Positions 1-9,251 of a stretch of DNA of 64,000 nucleotides are shown here, piece by piece. The notes under the pieces were generated by a model that did not search any database, was not told where the DNA came from, and saw nothing but the letters and a program-made list of their open reading frames with translations. Position 1 is the stretch's first letter, and each line of letters starts with the position of its first letter. This DNA comes from Candidatus Wallbacteria bacterium (GTDB lineage: Bacteria > Muiribacteriota > UBA6191 > JACPRK01): the NCBI GenBank assembly GCA_016213845.1, contig JACQZN010000129.1, positions 13,268-77,267 of the forward strand, written 5' to 3'. The position numbers and the translations under genes are program-made.

Positions 1-2
1 TC

Positions 3-2462
3 AAGGCCGCCCTGGACCACTCGCGGGCCCACAAGCAACGCCTGGGAGAGGCGCTGGTGGAGATGGGAACGGTCAAGGAGCGCGACATCGCGATGGCGCT
101 CTCCAAGCAGCTCGCGCTCCCCTACGTCAATCTGGCCAAGACTCCCCCCGACGTCACGATCTTCGGGAAGGTCCCCAAGCGGCTCTGTCTCAAGAACCAG
201 CTGATCCCCTTCCGGCTCGAGGGCCGGATGCTCACCGTGGCAATCGTCGACCCGCTCAACGTGCTCGCGCTCGACGATATCCAGAACATCACCAGCTTCA
301 CGGTCCTGCCGGTCATCATCACCAAGTCGGACTACGACGCCGCCGTCAAGAACTTCCTGGGCGAAGAGGACGAGCTGCTCAGCATGCTCGACACCACTTC
401 CTCGGGCGGGCCCGCCGCATCCGACACCGGCTTCACCGAGGAAGCGACGCCGATCGTCAACCTGATCAACAAGATCATCGGGTTGGCCGTCCAGAAGGGC
501 GCCAGCGACATCCACTTCGACCCTGCCGAGACGGAGCTGCGCGTACGCTTCCGCATCGACGGAGTCCTCTCGGACGTGATGAAGCCGCCGATCGAGGCCG
601 CGCCCGCCATCTGCAGCCGCATCAAGGTGATGTGCAATCTCGATATCGCCGAGATCCGCCTGCCCCAGGACGGCAAGTTCCGGATGCGCGTCGACAACAA
701 GGTCATCGACTTCCGCGTCTCCATCTGCCCCATCGTCTGGGGAGAGAAGATCGTGATCCGGCTGCTGGACCAGAGCCGCTCTCAGGTGTCGATGGATGAA
801 TTGGGTCTCGAAGAGAAGGCGCTGACCGACCTGCGGGCCGGCATCCACGCCCCCAACGGCATCGTGCTCGTCACCGGCCCGACCGGCAGCGGCAAGAGCA
901 CCACCCTCTACAGCGCCTTGCACGAGCTGCTCGACCCGAAGGTCAACATCCACACCGCGGAGGACCCGGTGGAGTACTCGGTCCACGGGATCACGCAGGT
1001 GGCGATCAAACCCGAGATCGGCCTCACCTTCAGCGCCGTGCTGCGCTCCTTCCTGCGCCAGGACCCGGACATCATCCTGCTGGGCGAGATTCGCGACCTC
1101 GACAGCGCCTCGATCGCTTTCAAGGCCGCCATGACGGGCCACCTGGTGCTCTCGACGCTCCACACCAATGACGCGGTGGGCACCATCGACCGGCTGATCA
1201 CGATGGGGATTGACCGTTTCGTCATCGCCTCGGCCGTGCGGGTCATCCTGGCCCAGCGGCTGATCCGCAAGGTCTGCACGCAGTGCCGCGTCGCCGTGAT
1301 GACGCCACGGGAGGAGCTGCTCCAGTGGGGGCTTTCGCCCAGGCTCCTCGCGCTCGCGGGGCATGCCGCCGACGCGCCGGCGCTGCCGATGTTCGAGCCC
1401 AAGGGCTGCAACGAGTGCAACGAGGGTTACAAGGGCCGGATGGGCATCCACGAAGTGCTCTTCTTCACCGAATCGTTCCGGGAGAAGATCATCGCGGGCG
1501 CCGGGAACTTCGCCCTCTACCAGACAGCGCTCCAGGAGGGGATGCTGACGCTGCGGGATTCCGCGCTGGTCAAGGCACTGCGCGGTATCACGTCGCTCGA
1601 CGAGGTGAAGCGGCTGACGATGTCCGCCCAGCCGCAGCCCGCAGAGGCAGCACCGGCGGCGGCCGGGCCGCTCGAAGGTTTGCCCGGCGAAGCGGTGCCG
1701 GGGGAGCCGGCGGCCTCAGACGCCCCCATCGCCCAGGCCGCTACCTCTCCGCAGGTAAGCGAGCTCATCGATCACCTCGAGAGGCTCTCCCGGGTGACCA
1801 ACCTGGTCGACTTCCATCGTCCCCTGACACTCGCCGCGTCTCTGGCTGCCGACGTGCTCCGGGCGCTGGATCCGCGCTCGGGCGCGCAGGAGTCCGCCGC
1901 TGCCCGGGAGAAGGCCTCTCTGCTTGGCATCTACCTGGACAACCTCAAGTCCTTCTCGGACGCGACGCAGTCACGCGCGGAGAAGGTGGACGTCAACTCG
2001 CTGCTCAAGGAGAAGCTGCTGACCCGGCTCGCCGACCTTGCGGAGCGGGCTCGGCTGGTCTCCGGCAATGCGGTCGCCATCGACGCCATCACGCTGACGA
2101 CCTCGCTCGACCCTCAGCCCCTGGCCGGCGCCGCGGACGGCAAGCGGCTCCTGGAGTGCCTGGAGCAGGTCGTGGTAAACAGCTTCTGTTTCCTGCCGGC
2201 CGGGGGGAGGCTCGGGTTCACAACGAAGCGGATCGGCGAGGGCGGACGCGACTTCGCCGAGATCAGCATCCTCGACAGTGGCCCGGGCCTCAAGGAGGGC
2301 ATCGGAGACGTGACGGCGCCCGGAGTGAGCGGCTGCAAGAACGGGCTGGGGCTGGGGCTGGCGATCGTGCAGCGTTACGTCGGCCAGATGAAGGGTCGCG
2401 TCGAAATCAAGAGCAAGCCCGGCAAGGGATGCCTGGTCAAGTTCCGCATCCCGGTCGCCTGA
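3..2462 (+). CDS. pilB: PilB/GspE-type secretion/pilus assembly ATPase (5' truncated by window edge) with N-terminal MshEN motif and a C-terminal degenerate histidine-kinase core
   Basis: Frame is open from nt 3. MshEN-like RLGEALVEMGTVKERDIAMALSKQ at nt 39-110; Walker A GPTGSGKS; Asp box TAEDPVEY; Walker B LRQDPDIILLGEIRD; His box GHLVLSTLH; CTQC...CNEC zinc motif. After an Ala/Pro linker: DSGPG and GLGLGLAIV HATPase_c boxes. Confidence 0.9.
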   Translation, partial: KAALDHSRAHKQRLGEALVEMGTVKERDIAMALSKQLALPYVNLAKTPPDVTIFGKVPKRLCLKNQLIPFRLEGRMLTVAIVDPLNVLALDDIQNITSFTVLPVIITKSDYDAAVKNFLGEEDELLSMLDTTSSGGPAASDTGFTEEATPIVNLINKIIGLAVQKGASDIHFDPAETELRVRFRIDGVLSDVMKPPIEAAPAICSRIKVMCNLDIAEIRLPQDGKFRMRVDNKVIDFRVSICPIVWGEKIVIRLLDQSRSQVSMDELGLEEKALTDLRAGIHAPNGIVLVTGPTGSGKSTTLYSALHELLDPKVNIHTAEDPVEYSVHGITQVAIKPEIGLTFSAVLRSFLRQDPDIILLGEIRDLDSASIAFKAAMTGHLVLSTLHTNDAVGTIDRLITMGIDRFVIASAVRVILAQRLIRKVCTQCRVAVMTPREELLQWGLSPRLLALAGHAADAPALPMFEPKGCNECNEGYKGRMGIHEVLFFTESFREKIIAGAGNFALYQTALQEGMLTLRDSALVKALRGITSLDEVKRLTMSAQPQPAEAAPAAAGPLEGLPGEAVPGEPAASDAPIAQAATSPQVSELIDHLERLSRVTNLVDFHRPLTLAASLAADVLRALDPRSGAQESAAAREKASLLGIYLDNLKSFSDATQSRAEKVDVNSLLKEKLLTRLADLAERARLVSGNAVAIDAITLTTSLDPQPLAGAADGKRLLECLEQVVVNSFCFLPAGGRLGFTTKRIGEGGRDFAEISILDSGPGLKEGIGDVTAPGVSGCKNGLGLGLAIVQRYVGQMKGRVEIKSKPGKGCLVKFRIPVA

Positions 2463-2501
2463 GCACCGCCCCCGTCGGCGTGGCGGGCACACGCATGTGA
2501 A

Positions 2502-2526
2502 AGGCCCCGGCGCGGGGCCGGGGCCT
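2502..2526. terminator. GC-rich hairpin between convergent genes (possible bidirectional terminator)
   Basis: AGGCCCCGGC (2502-2511) is the exact reverse complement of GCCGGGGCCT (2517-2526), 5-nt loop; U-tracts are weak. Confidence 0.6.
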
Positions 2527-2550
2527 CTTAGTCATTCGGTTGCTCTACTA

Positions 2551-3615
2551 CTACTGGGCCGATTCGGCTCGGCGACGAGCGGCCTCGTAGGCCTTCATCG
2601 CTTCCTGGAAGGCCTTCGTGGCCGCCTGGATGGCCGCGTTGTCCTTGGAGCCGACGGCCGCCTGCAGGTTCTTGTAGGCCGTCAGGTAGGCCTCTCGCTT
2701 GGCCTTGAGGTCATCGGCAGGGGCAGCCGTGGAGGATGGCTGGGTCGTTGCGACGGTCGCGGTCGGCTGCGTCGAGGTCCCACCGGTGGTGGAGGCCCGA
2801 GGATCCGGTGTCGTGGCGACTGCGGGGGCTGGCGCGGGCACGGAGGCCGCAGCGGTTTCCGAGGGGGCCGGCGTGTGGACGCCCGTGACGACCGTACCGG
2901 CTCCGACTGAGCCCTCGGTCGGGATGCGTTGCAGCAACCGCTCGAGCTCCGCGGGGGTGAGCGAGTAGGTGTCCGAGGCGCGGGCGCCGCCGCCGCTGCC
3001 GACGGGCGGGATGAGGTATCGCGGATTGAAGCCGTCGGAGAGCTGCTGGGCCTGGGTAAGCTGCTTCTCGGCGTTCTTCAGGTCCCTCCAGGCGAAGAAC
3101 TTCGTGATGAAGCTGAAGAACGGCGTGCTGTGGTAGCGCCATTGGAAGTACATCACGGCTTGCTGGGCCTGGCTAAGGGCCAGGTCGGCTCGGCTCTTGA
3201 GCTCCAGGTAGCTCGTGCGCGCGGCGGCGACGGAGTCGGGATCGTTGTTGCGAGAGAGGACTTCCTCCATGCAGGTCTTGGCCAGCTCCGTATTGCCCTT
3301 GGCCATGTAGCCCTTGGCGAGGCCCAGCCAGCCCTTGCTGACGGTGGGCGAGCTGTCCGGCGCAAGGTTGATGGCCTTCTGGAAATCCTGCAGAGCCGCG
3401 TCGATGTAGCCGGCGGCGAGCAGCGCGTTTCCCTCTGCGATGAGGAACTCGGCGCTGGCGTTGGGGGGCGGACCAGGCTGTGGCGGAAGGGCAGCCGAGC
3501 CCCCGAGCAGGCTGGCCCGGGTGGTGGCGGACGTCGACTGAGCGCTCTGGGCCTGCAGATTGACACTGCAAGCGAGAGCAGCTAGAATCGCCAGTCCGAT
3601 GACTCCGTACCTCAT
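2551..3615 (-). CDS. Exported TPR-containing protein with Thr/Ala/Pro-rich linker and C-terminal helical hairpin
   Basis: Signal peptide MRYGVIGLAILAALACSVNLQA; two TPR-like helices (LIAEGNALLAAGYIDAALQDFQKAINLAPD; GWLGLAKGYMAKGNTELAKTCMEEVL). Confidence 0.75.
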   Translation of the reverse strand: MRYGVIGLAILAALACSVNLQAQSAQSTSATTRASLLGGSAALPPQPGPPPNASAEFLIAEGNALLAAGYIDAALQDFQKAINLAPDSSPTVSKGWLGLAKGYMAKGNTELAKTCMEEVLSRNNDPDSVAAARTSYLELKSRADLALSQAQQAVMYFQWRYHSTPFFSFITKFFAWRDLKNAEKQLTQAQQLSDGFNPRYLIPPVGSGGGARASDTYSLTPAELERLLQRIPTEGSVGAGTVVTGVHTPAPSETAAASVPAPAPAVATTPDPRASTTGGTSTQPTATVATTQPSSTAAPADDLKAKREAYLTAYKNLQAAVGSKDNAAIQAATKAFQEAMKAYEAARRRAESAQ

Positions 3616-3693
3616 GACTCCTCCTCCATCTTTGCTATGTGGGGTAACCGGCCCTCTGGTGCGGCCATGATTTCATACGGCCGAGCGAGCCAA

Positions 3694-4671
3694 ATGTTTC
3701 AAGACGATCAGAAACCGCTCGTTTTGGCTCCCATGGCCGGTTTCACCGACCCGCCGTTCCGGGCGCTTTGCCATGAAGGCGGAGCCGACGTCGTGGTCGC
3801 CGAGATGGTGAGCGCCAAGGCCGTGTGCCACCGCAACGCCAAGACGCTCCAGATGCTTCGGAGCTTTCCCGGGGAGAGGCCGGTCGTCTGGCAGATCTTC
3901 GGGTGCGACGCCGGAGAGATGGCGGATGCCGCGGCCTACATCGAGAGCCTTGGGGAGGCCGACGGGATCGACGTCAACATGGGCTGCCCGATGCCGAAGA
4001 TCACGGGCCCGGGCGCCGGCGCGGCGCTGCTGCGGGATGTCGATGCGGTGCTCCGGATGCTGGAGCGTATCGTCCGGGCTGTACGGCTGCCGGTGTCTAT
4101 CAAGATGCGGACCGGGTGGGATTCCAGGTGCATCGTCGCTCCCGACGTGGCGCAGGCGGCCGGAGCTGCCGGCTGCGCTTACGTCCACGTCCACGGCCGG
4201 ACCAGCAAGCAGCTCTACGAAGGCAAGGCCGACCTCGAAGTCCTGGCCCGCGTCAAGGCCGCCAGCCCCGTACCCGTCATCGGCAACGGCGACGTGAACA
4301 GCCCGGAAGCCGCGCTGCGGATGTTCCGGGAGACGGGTTGCGACGGCGTCGGCATCGCCCGGGGCGCGCTCGGCAATCCGTGGATCTTCAGCCGGATCAA
4401 GAGCTACTTCCGCACCGGCCACATCGACCCCGAGCCGACCTGGCAAGAAAAAGTCGCCGGCGCAGCCCGGCACTTCCGGAGGGCACTCGAGTTCTACAGC
4501 GGCGACGAACACTGCTACCGCGGCCTGAAGGGACACCTGGTGAAGTACTTCACAGGCCACCCGGGCGCCGCGCAGCTGCGCAAGCGGATCGGTACCGTCA
4601 ACTCCAACCAGGAAATGGCCCGCCTGATCGACGAGGCCGCGTCGGAGGATCGCGGGGCGCTGGCGGCCTGA
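3694..4671 (+). CDS. dusB: tRNA-dihydrouridine synthase (DusB family)
   Basis: LAPMAG, DVNMGCP (catalytic Cys), GAGAALL, VHGRT, IGNGD and IARGALGNPW motifs. Start at ATG 3694 preferred over 3637. Confidence 0.92.
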   Translation: MFQDDQKPLVLAPMAGFTDPPFRALCHEGGADVVVAEMVSAKAVCHRNAKTLQMLRSFPGERPVVWQIFGCDAGEMADAAAYIESLGEADGIDVNMGCPMPKITGPGAGAALLRDVDAVLRMLERIVRAVRLPVSIKMRTGWDSRCIVAPDVAQAAGAAGCAYVHVHGRTSKQLYEGKADLEVLARVKAASPVPVIGNGDVNSPEAALRMFRETGCDGVGIARGALGNPWIFSRIKSYFRTGHIDPEPTWQEKVAGAARHFRRALEFYSGDEHCYRGLKGHLVKYFTGHPGAAQLRKRIGTVNSNQEMARLIDEAASEDRGALAA

Positions 4672-4677
4672 AGCCGT

Positions 4678-5067
4678 TCACCGGCGGGGACGCCGGGGGG
4701 CCAGCGGAGCGAGCGGCGCCGTGAGGTCGTCGGAGGTCTCGGCAACGCCGTCTGGCCCCGAGGAGTACACGAGCAGTCGAGGACCCGAGACAGCATACGG
4801 CTGTCCCCACGGGTCGACGAGGCTCTGCCCGCGGAGAGCCGGCACGGCCGCCAGGTCGGTCGGCAGCCGGTCCGGCCCGGGCGTGACCAGCCGTTCGGCC
4901 TCGATGGCGTCTCGAATCCCGTGCACCTCCGCCACCGCTATGCCGCTCAACCTGCGCTCCTTGACCGCACCGTACTCCATCGCCAGGAACCCGACGAGCA
5001 ACAGGAGCAAAGCCAGGGCCAGGAGCAGCTCCATGAGGGTGAAGCCGGCTCGTTCGCGCGTCGACAT
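4678..5067 (-). CDS. GspG-like pseudopilin / type IV pilin-family protein
   Basis: Class III signal G|FTLMELLL with E5, hydrophobic helix, DPWGQPY and YSSGPDG...SDD GspG C-terminal motifs. Confidence 0.85.
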   Translation of the reverse strand: MSTRERAGFTLMELLLALALLLLLVGFLAMEYGAVKERRLSGIAVAEVHGIRDAIEAERLVTPGPDRLPTDLAAVPALRGQSLVDPWGQPYAVSGPRLLVYSSGPDGVAETSDDLTAPLAPLAPRRPRR

Positions 5068-5078
5068 CCGATGGGAAT

Positions 5079-5465
5079 CTACGGCTTCAATCCCGCCCCG
5101 AACTCCAGCGCGCTCAGGACCCGAGTGATCTTCACCTCGTCGAATGGTTTGACGATGAAGTTCTCGGCTCCGAGCGACAGCGCGTCCATCACGTTCTTGC
5201 GCTGCCCCATCGCGCTGACGACGATGACCTTGATGCTGGAGTCGATGGTCTTGATCTGGCGGAGCGCCTCGAGCCCGTCCATGTTGGGCATCAGGATGTC
5301 CATCGTGACCAGGTCGGGACGGCTCTGGCGGCAGAAGTCGACCGCGAGCACGCCGTCAGCGGCCTCGCCGATGACGTCGAAGCCGTTCTTCGACAGGATC
5401 TGTCTCAGCGCCAGGCGCATGAAACCGCTGTCGTCGACTATCAGGACCCTCGGCTTGGCAGACAC
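5079..5465 (-). CDS. Single-domain CheY-like response regulator
   Basis: VLIVDD, TMDILMPNMDG (phospho-Asp), VSA and FIVKPF conserved. Confidence 0.9.
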   Translation of the reverse strand: MSAKPRVLIVDDSGFMRLALRQILSKNGFDVIGEAADGVLAVDFCRQSRPDLVTMDILMPNMDGLEALRQIKTIDSSIKVIVVSAMGQRKNVMDALSLGAENFIVKPFDEVKITRVLSALEFGAGLKP

Positions 5466-5489
5466 GCGAATCGACCTCCGGAGGCAGGG

Positions 5490-5498
5490 AAGATAGCA
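5490..5498 (-). promoter_or_regulatory. Extended -10 element for the cheY-like gene
   Basis: Minus strand reads TGC-TATCTT about 25 nt upstream of the GTG start. Confidence 0.45.
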
Positions 5499-5590
5499 GG
5501 AGCCTAGGAGCCCGTCAAGCCGATCGGGCGGTGCGGGAGCGCCTTGGAGCTCTTCGCTCGGCCCGGCAGCGGACCGGGTATGCTGCAGCC

Positions 5591-6328
5591 GTGATCCGGG
5601 TCGAGGTGATCGTGGTGAACCACGGGACGGCGCCGCTGACGCTGGCGTTGGTCGAGTCGATCGAAGGCTGGGCGAGGCTGCGCGGGGCCACGATCCACGT
5701 GCTCGACAGCGGCTCGCCGGGAGATCCGGGTCGCGAGCTCGCAGGGCTGGAAGGCCGCGCGCGGCTCACCTTGCTCACTCAGAACCGGGGCTTCGGAGCT
5801 GCCGCAAACCACGGAGCTCGCGCTTCCGAAGCCGACTGGCTGCTGTTCGCCAATCCGGACGTCACGCTCTCCCCCCAGACGCTCGATCGACTGGCGGAAG
5901 CCGCGGCGCGCGGTCGCGCCGTGCTAGGCGGAGTGAGCACCGGCGGACCGCGGGCGCACGGTCCTACCGGAGAGGAAGGACCCGACGGGTGCATCGAGAC
6001 TGAATGGGTCGCCGGAAGTCTGATGCTGGTGCCGCGCCGAGATTTCGTGGAGGCCGGCGGGTTCGACGAGGGCTACTTCATGTATCTCGAGGACGTCGAC
6101 CTCTGCCGCCGGCTGGCACGGGCCGGCCTGCCGATCCGCGTCGTGTGCGGGGCCGCCTACCAGCATCCGGGCGGAGCTTCCTACGGTGCCACGGGCCGCG
6201 ATCGCAAGGCGGACTGGCGGGCCTCACGGCGCCGCTACCTTTCGCGCCACCACGGGCCGGCCGCGGCGTGGCTCTACGCGCTCTACGCGCGGGCTGACGA
6301 CTTCTTGAGGCGACTGCGCCGAGGGTGA
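5591..6328 (+). CDS. GT2 family glycosyltransferase (WbbL/rhamnosyltransferase-like)
   Basis: VIVVNH, VLDSGS, NRGFGAAANHG, LFANPD, WVAGSLML and GGFDEGYFMYLEDVDLC motifs. Start inferred at GTG 5591. Confidence 0.85.
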   Translation: MIRVEVIVVNHGTAPLTLALVESIEGWARLRGATIHVLDSGSPGDPGRELAGLEGRARLTLLTQNRGFGAAANHGARASEADWLLFANPDVTLSPQTLDRLAEAAARGRAVLGGVSTGGPRAHGPTGEEGPDGCIETEWVAGSLMLVPRRDFVEAGGFDEGYFMYLEDVDLCRRLARAGLPIRVVCGAAYQHPGGASYGATGRDRKADWRASRRRYLSRHHGPAAAWLYALYARADDFLRRLRRG

Positions 6329-6347
6329 GGCCGTGCGCAGGGCCGGC

Positions 6348-7589
6348 TCAGGCGCCCGGGAGCTCGCCCGCGCCGGACGCCGCTGGCTCGCCCTGCGGCT
6401 CGCTCGTACGGGCGAAACCGACAGCGCGCAGCCAGAGGATCACGGCAGCGATCCAGGGGAAGTAGTCGTGAAACACTTCGAGCAGGAAGTGCGCGGGCAT
6501 CGGGTTGTAGATGCCCGGGAAGACGGCGCAGATCAGGGCCAGGTCCACCAGAGGCGTGCCCGAGCCGACCGGCAAGGTCAGCACGTAGAGTGCAGGGCCC
6601 AGCAACTGGACATACGCGTAGCTCTTGAAGCGCGGCGCCGCCACGGCGAAACCGATGCAGAGGAGCGCCGCGATGAACCTGGGGGGCAGCGGCCGCTCCT
6701 GCACGTGCCGGCGCAGAACGACCTCCGCCGTCCGCCAGCAGATGGCCAGCGCGAACAGACCGTACACGACAAGGGCGGTCTTCGAGGAAGTGCCAGCTGC
6801 AGAGCCGCGGGCATGATCGAAGACATCCCGGATGAGCGAGAGCAGACACGGCGTATGGTGCCCCCGCTCGTCGACCGCTGCGGCCGCCCGGAAAAACTCC
6901 GCCGTCAACGCCGGGTGCATCAGCGCCCCCAGGGCGAGCGAAGAGCCGAAGATTGCCCAGCTCGCCAGGAACGGCTTCAACCCGCGAGCCGGCGCCACGA
7001 GCAACAGGGCAATGGAGAGTACCTGCGGCATCAACTTGAACTGCGCAGCCAGGGCGACGCAGATCGCAAACTCCCAGTTTCTCCCCCGGAACAGCGCCGC
7101 GAAGCCGCACCAGAGGATGAACTGCTCGAAGATGGCGACGTTGCCGGCCTCCAGGTCCCAGAGCAAGGTCGAGTTGAAGGCGAGCACCATGAAGGGCACC
7201 GTCAGCACGGCTGGCCGCAAATCCACCAGGTCGCGGTGCCAGATCCAGAGCAGCCCGGCCAGCATCGCCAGCTTTGCGAGCAGCCAGAGCGTGTACGCCG
7301 CCTCCCGGGGCATCGACGCCATTGCCGCGAAGACGTGCAACGTCAGTGGCGGATAGAGGAACGGCTTGTCGATCGGCTGCGAAGCCTGCTTCTGCAGACT
7401 TGCGAGCAGGTAGGGATCGTCACCCGCCGCGAAGGCCTTCCCGGCCAGGAAGTAGGTGTTGAAGTCCCACTGGTACTGCGCCTGGTCGGTCGCCACGATC
7501 CAGAGCGTGCTCACGAAGAGCCAGGCAAACGCCAGCGCCACCACGGTCGTCAGGCCGCTCGAACGGCCACCCGCCCGTCGAGCCGTCAC
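6348..7589 (-). CDS. GT87/DUF2029-like polytopic membrane glycosyltransferase (GT-C fold)
   Basis: WDFNTYFLAG...DPY, FLYPP, GN and K(L)MP motifs; about 10 hydrophobic segments. Confidence 0.75.
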   Translation of the reverse strand: MTARRAGGRSSGLTTVVALAFAWLFVSTLWIVATDQAQYQWDFNTYFLAGKAFAAGDDPYLLASLQKQASQPIDKPFLYPPLTLHVFAAMASMPREAAYTLWLLAKLAMLAGLLWIWHRDLVDLRPAVLTVPFMVLAFNSTLLWDLEAGNVAIFEQFILWCGFAALFRGRNWEFAICVALAAQFKLMPQVLSIALLLVAPARGLKPFLASWAIFGSSLALGALMHPALTAEFFRAAAAVDERGHHTPCLLSLIRDVFDHARGSAAGTSSKTALVVYGLFALAICWRTAEVVLRRHVQERPLPPRFIAALLCIGFAVAAPRFKSYAYVQLLGPALYVLTLPVGSGTPLVDLALICAVFPGIYNPMPAHFLLEVFHDYFPWIAAVILWLRAVGFARTSEPQGEPAASGAGELPGA

Positions 7590-7748
7590 AGCGCGCGCCC
7601 CTCGTGCCTTCCGGGTCCGAACACGCGGCCAGAGTAGCGGGCGCCCTCTTCGCGATCAAGACGCGCCTTCCTGCCCCCCGCCAGGTTCGACCGTGCTGCG
7701 CAGTGCCTCGCCACGTGGTAGCATTGTCGGCTCCGGACCGTAAGCACC

Positions 7749-9251
7749 ATGCGTACCCGTAGGCATTCGCGGCTGCTCGAAACCGTCCTCCTGTTCGGGA
7801 CGGTGCTGGCCGGGCTCGGGCTCGAGCCCGCATCGGCGCGCCCGCCCTACGTCAACTCGGGCCGGCTGCCGCACGAGTTCGAGGTCCACGCTCCGTTGCC
7901 CCGGAACTACTACGGCGGCCCACCTCGCATCCCCATCTACAAGAACCCCGACGCCCGGCACTGGGTCTCCTCCATCTTCACCCGCATCGCCAGTGCCGCG
8001 AATCTCCCCGTCATGCCCCAGCTCTCCGACGAAGAACAGCGCGAGCGCGACCGGCGCGAGGAGAAGAACATCCCCGAGGACGAGAGCAACCGCACTGACA
8101 AGCGCCGCCGCGGCAGCTCCATCACCATCCTCGAGTGGGACATCGTGAACGCCTTCGCCACCCCGGGCGAGAAACTCTATGTCACCACCGGCCTGCTGGA
8201 GTTCGTGGAATCCGACGACGAGCTCGCCGGCGTCATCGCCCACGAAATCGCGCACGTCCGCCTCAACCACATCGAAAAGCGCGCCAAGCGCCAGATGATC
8301 TCGAGCTTTCTGATGGCCCTGGCCACAATCCGCTCGGGCAGCGATGCCTTTCTCACCGGGCAGGCCCTCTCGCAGCTCCCCATCCTCCCCTACGGCCAGA
8401 AGCAGGAGCTCGAGTCCGACAACGTCGGCATGACCTACATGCGAAGCGCCGGCTACGATCCCAACGGCATGGTCCGCTTCCTCGAGAAGATGTCGACCAT
8501 CGACAAGGACGAGGCCAAAGCCGGCGGCGTCGCCAGCATCTTCAACACGCACCCGCCCACTCCCAGACGCATCCAGCTCTCGCAGCAGAAGCTCTCCGAG
8601 CTGGGCGTCTCACCTGGCAAACCCACGCAGATCAGCTACGACTTCAAGCTCGAGCGGCTGGCCATCGACCTGTCGCAGTTGCATCTGGCCGGGTCGAAGC
8701 TCGCCGAGCCGGGCACCGAGCCGGGCGGCAAGGTCTACACCAGCCAGCCCGTCATCCGCGGAAACCTCATCGAGGACGGAGACTTCGAGCTGCGCGCCAC
8801 CCCGGGCAAGCCCCCAGGCGGCTGGCTCACCACCGCGGGCACGGCCACCGCTGTCGAGGGAAACGCCGCCTCCGGGGAGCGTTGTCTGCGGCTTTCGCCC
8901 CCCCAGGAGGGTGGACCGGCCGAGGCCTCGGGACCGATGGCCGCTCTCGATCCGGAGCAGGACTACCTGCTCTCCGGACACCTGCGCTCAGGCGACCCGC
9001 GAGTCCGGCTCTCCCTGGGGCTCCGCTACTACGACGCAAAGAAGAAGGAGCTGCGCACGGACTTCCCAGCGGCCTGGAAAGTCTTCGTGCCCGGCACCTG
9101 GAGCCGCTACCAGGGCGTGATCTTCTCGAGCGGCAACAATTTCTCTTTGCCACCCACGGCGAGGTACGTCAGAGTCGTCGCCACTGGAAGCTTCCCCAGA
9201 GGGACGACGAGCTGGTTCGACGACCTGACCCTGGTGAAGATCCGCAAGTGA
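7749..9251 (+). CDS. Exported M48 family zinc metalloprotease with C-terminal carbohydrate-binding-like beta-sandwich
   Basis: Signal peptide; VNAFATPG, HEIAH (HExxH), QELESD third ligand, GYDPNGM and THPPT motifs. C-terminal domain starts NLIEDGDFE...GW (CBM_4_9-like). Confidence 0.85.
   Translation: MRTRRHSRLLETVLLFGTVLAGLGLEPASARPPYVNSGRLPHEFEVHAPLPRNYYGGPPRIPIYKNPDARHWVSSIFTRIASAANLPVMPQLSDEEQRERDRREEKNIPEDESNRTDKRRRGSSITILEWDIVNAFATPGEKLYVTTGLLEFVESDDELAGVIAHEIAHVRLNHIEKRAKRQMISSFLMALATIRSGSDAFLTGQALSQLPILPYGQKQELESDNVGMTYMRSAGYDPNGMVRFLEKMSTIDKDEAKAGGVASIFNTHPPTPRRIQLSQQKLSELGVSPGKPTQISYDFKLERLAIDLSQLHLAGSKLAEPGTEPGGKVYTSQPVIRGNLIEDGDFELRATPGKPPGGWLTTAGTATAVEGNAASGERCLRLSPPQEGGPAEASGPMAALDPEQDYLLSGHLRSGDPRVRLSLGLRYYDAKKKELRTDFPAAWKVFVPGTWSRYQGVIFSSGNNFSLPPTARYVRVVATGSFPRGTTSWFDDLTLVKIRK

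Noticed and set aside
2545-2553. Three tandem TAG codons at the end of the TPR gene
   Set aside because: A redundant stop run with no sign of recoding.
8135-9250. Apparent 822-aa amidohydrolase with a long N-terminal extension
   Set aside because: The extension is an alternate frame of the M48 gene; homology starts at ATG 9251.
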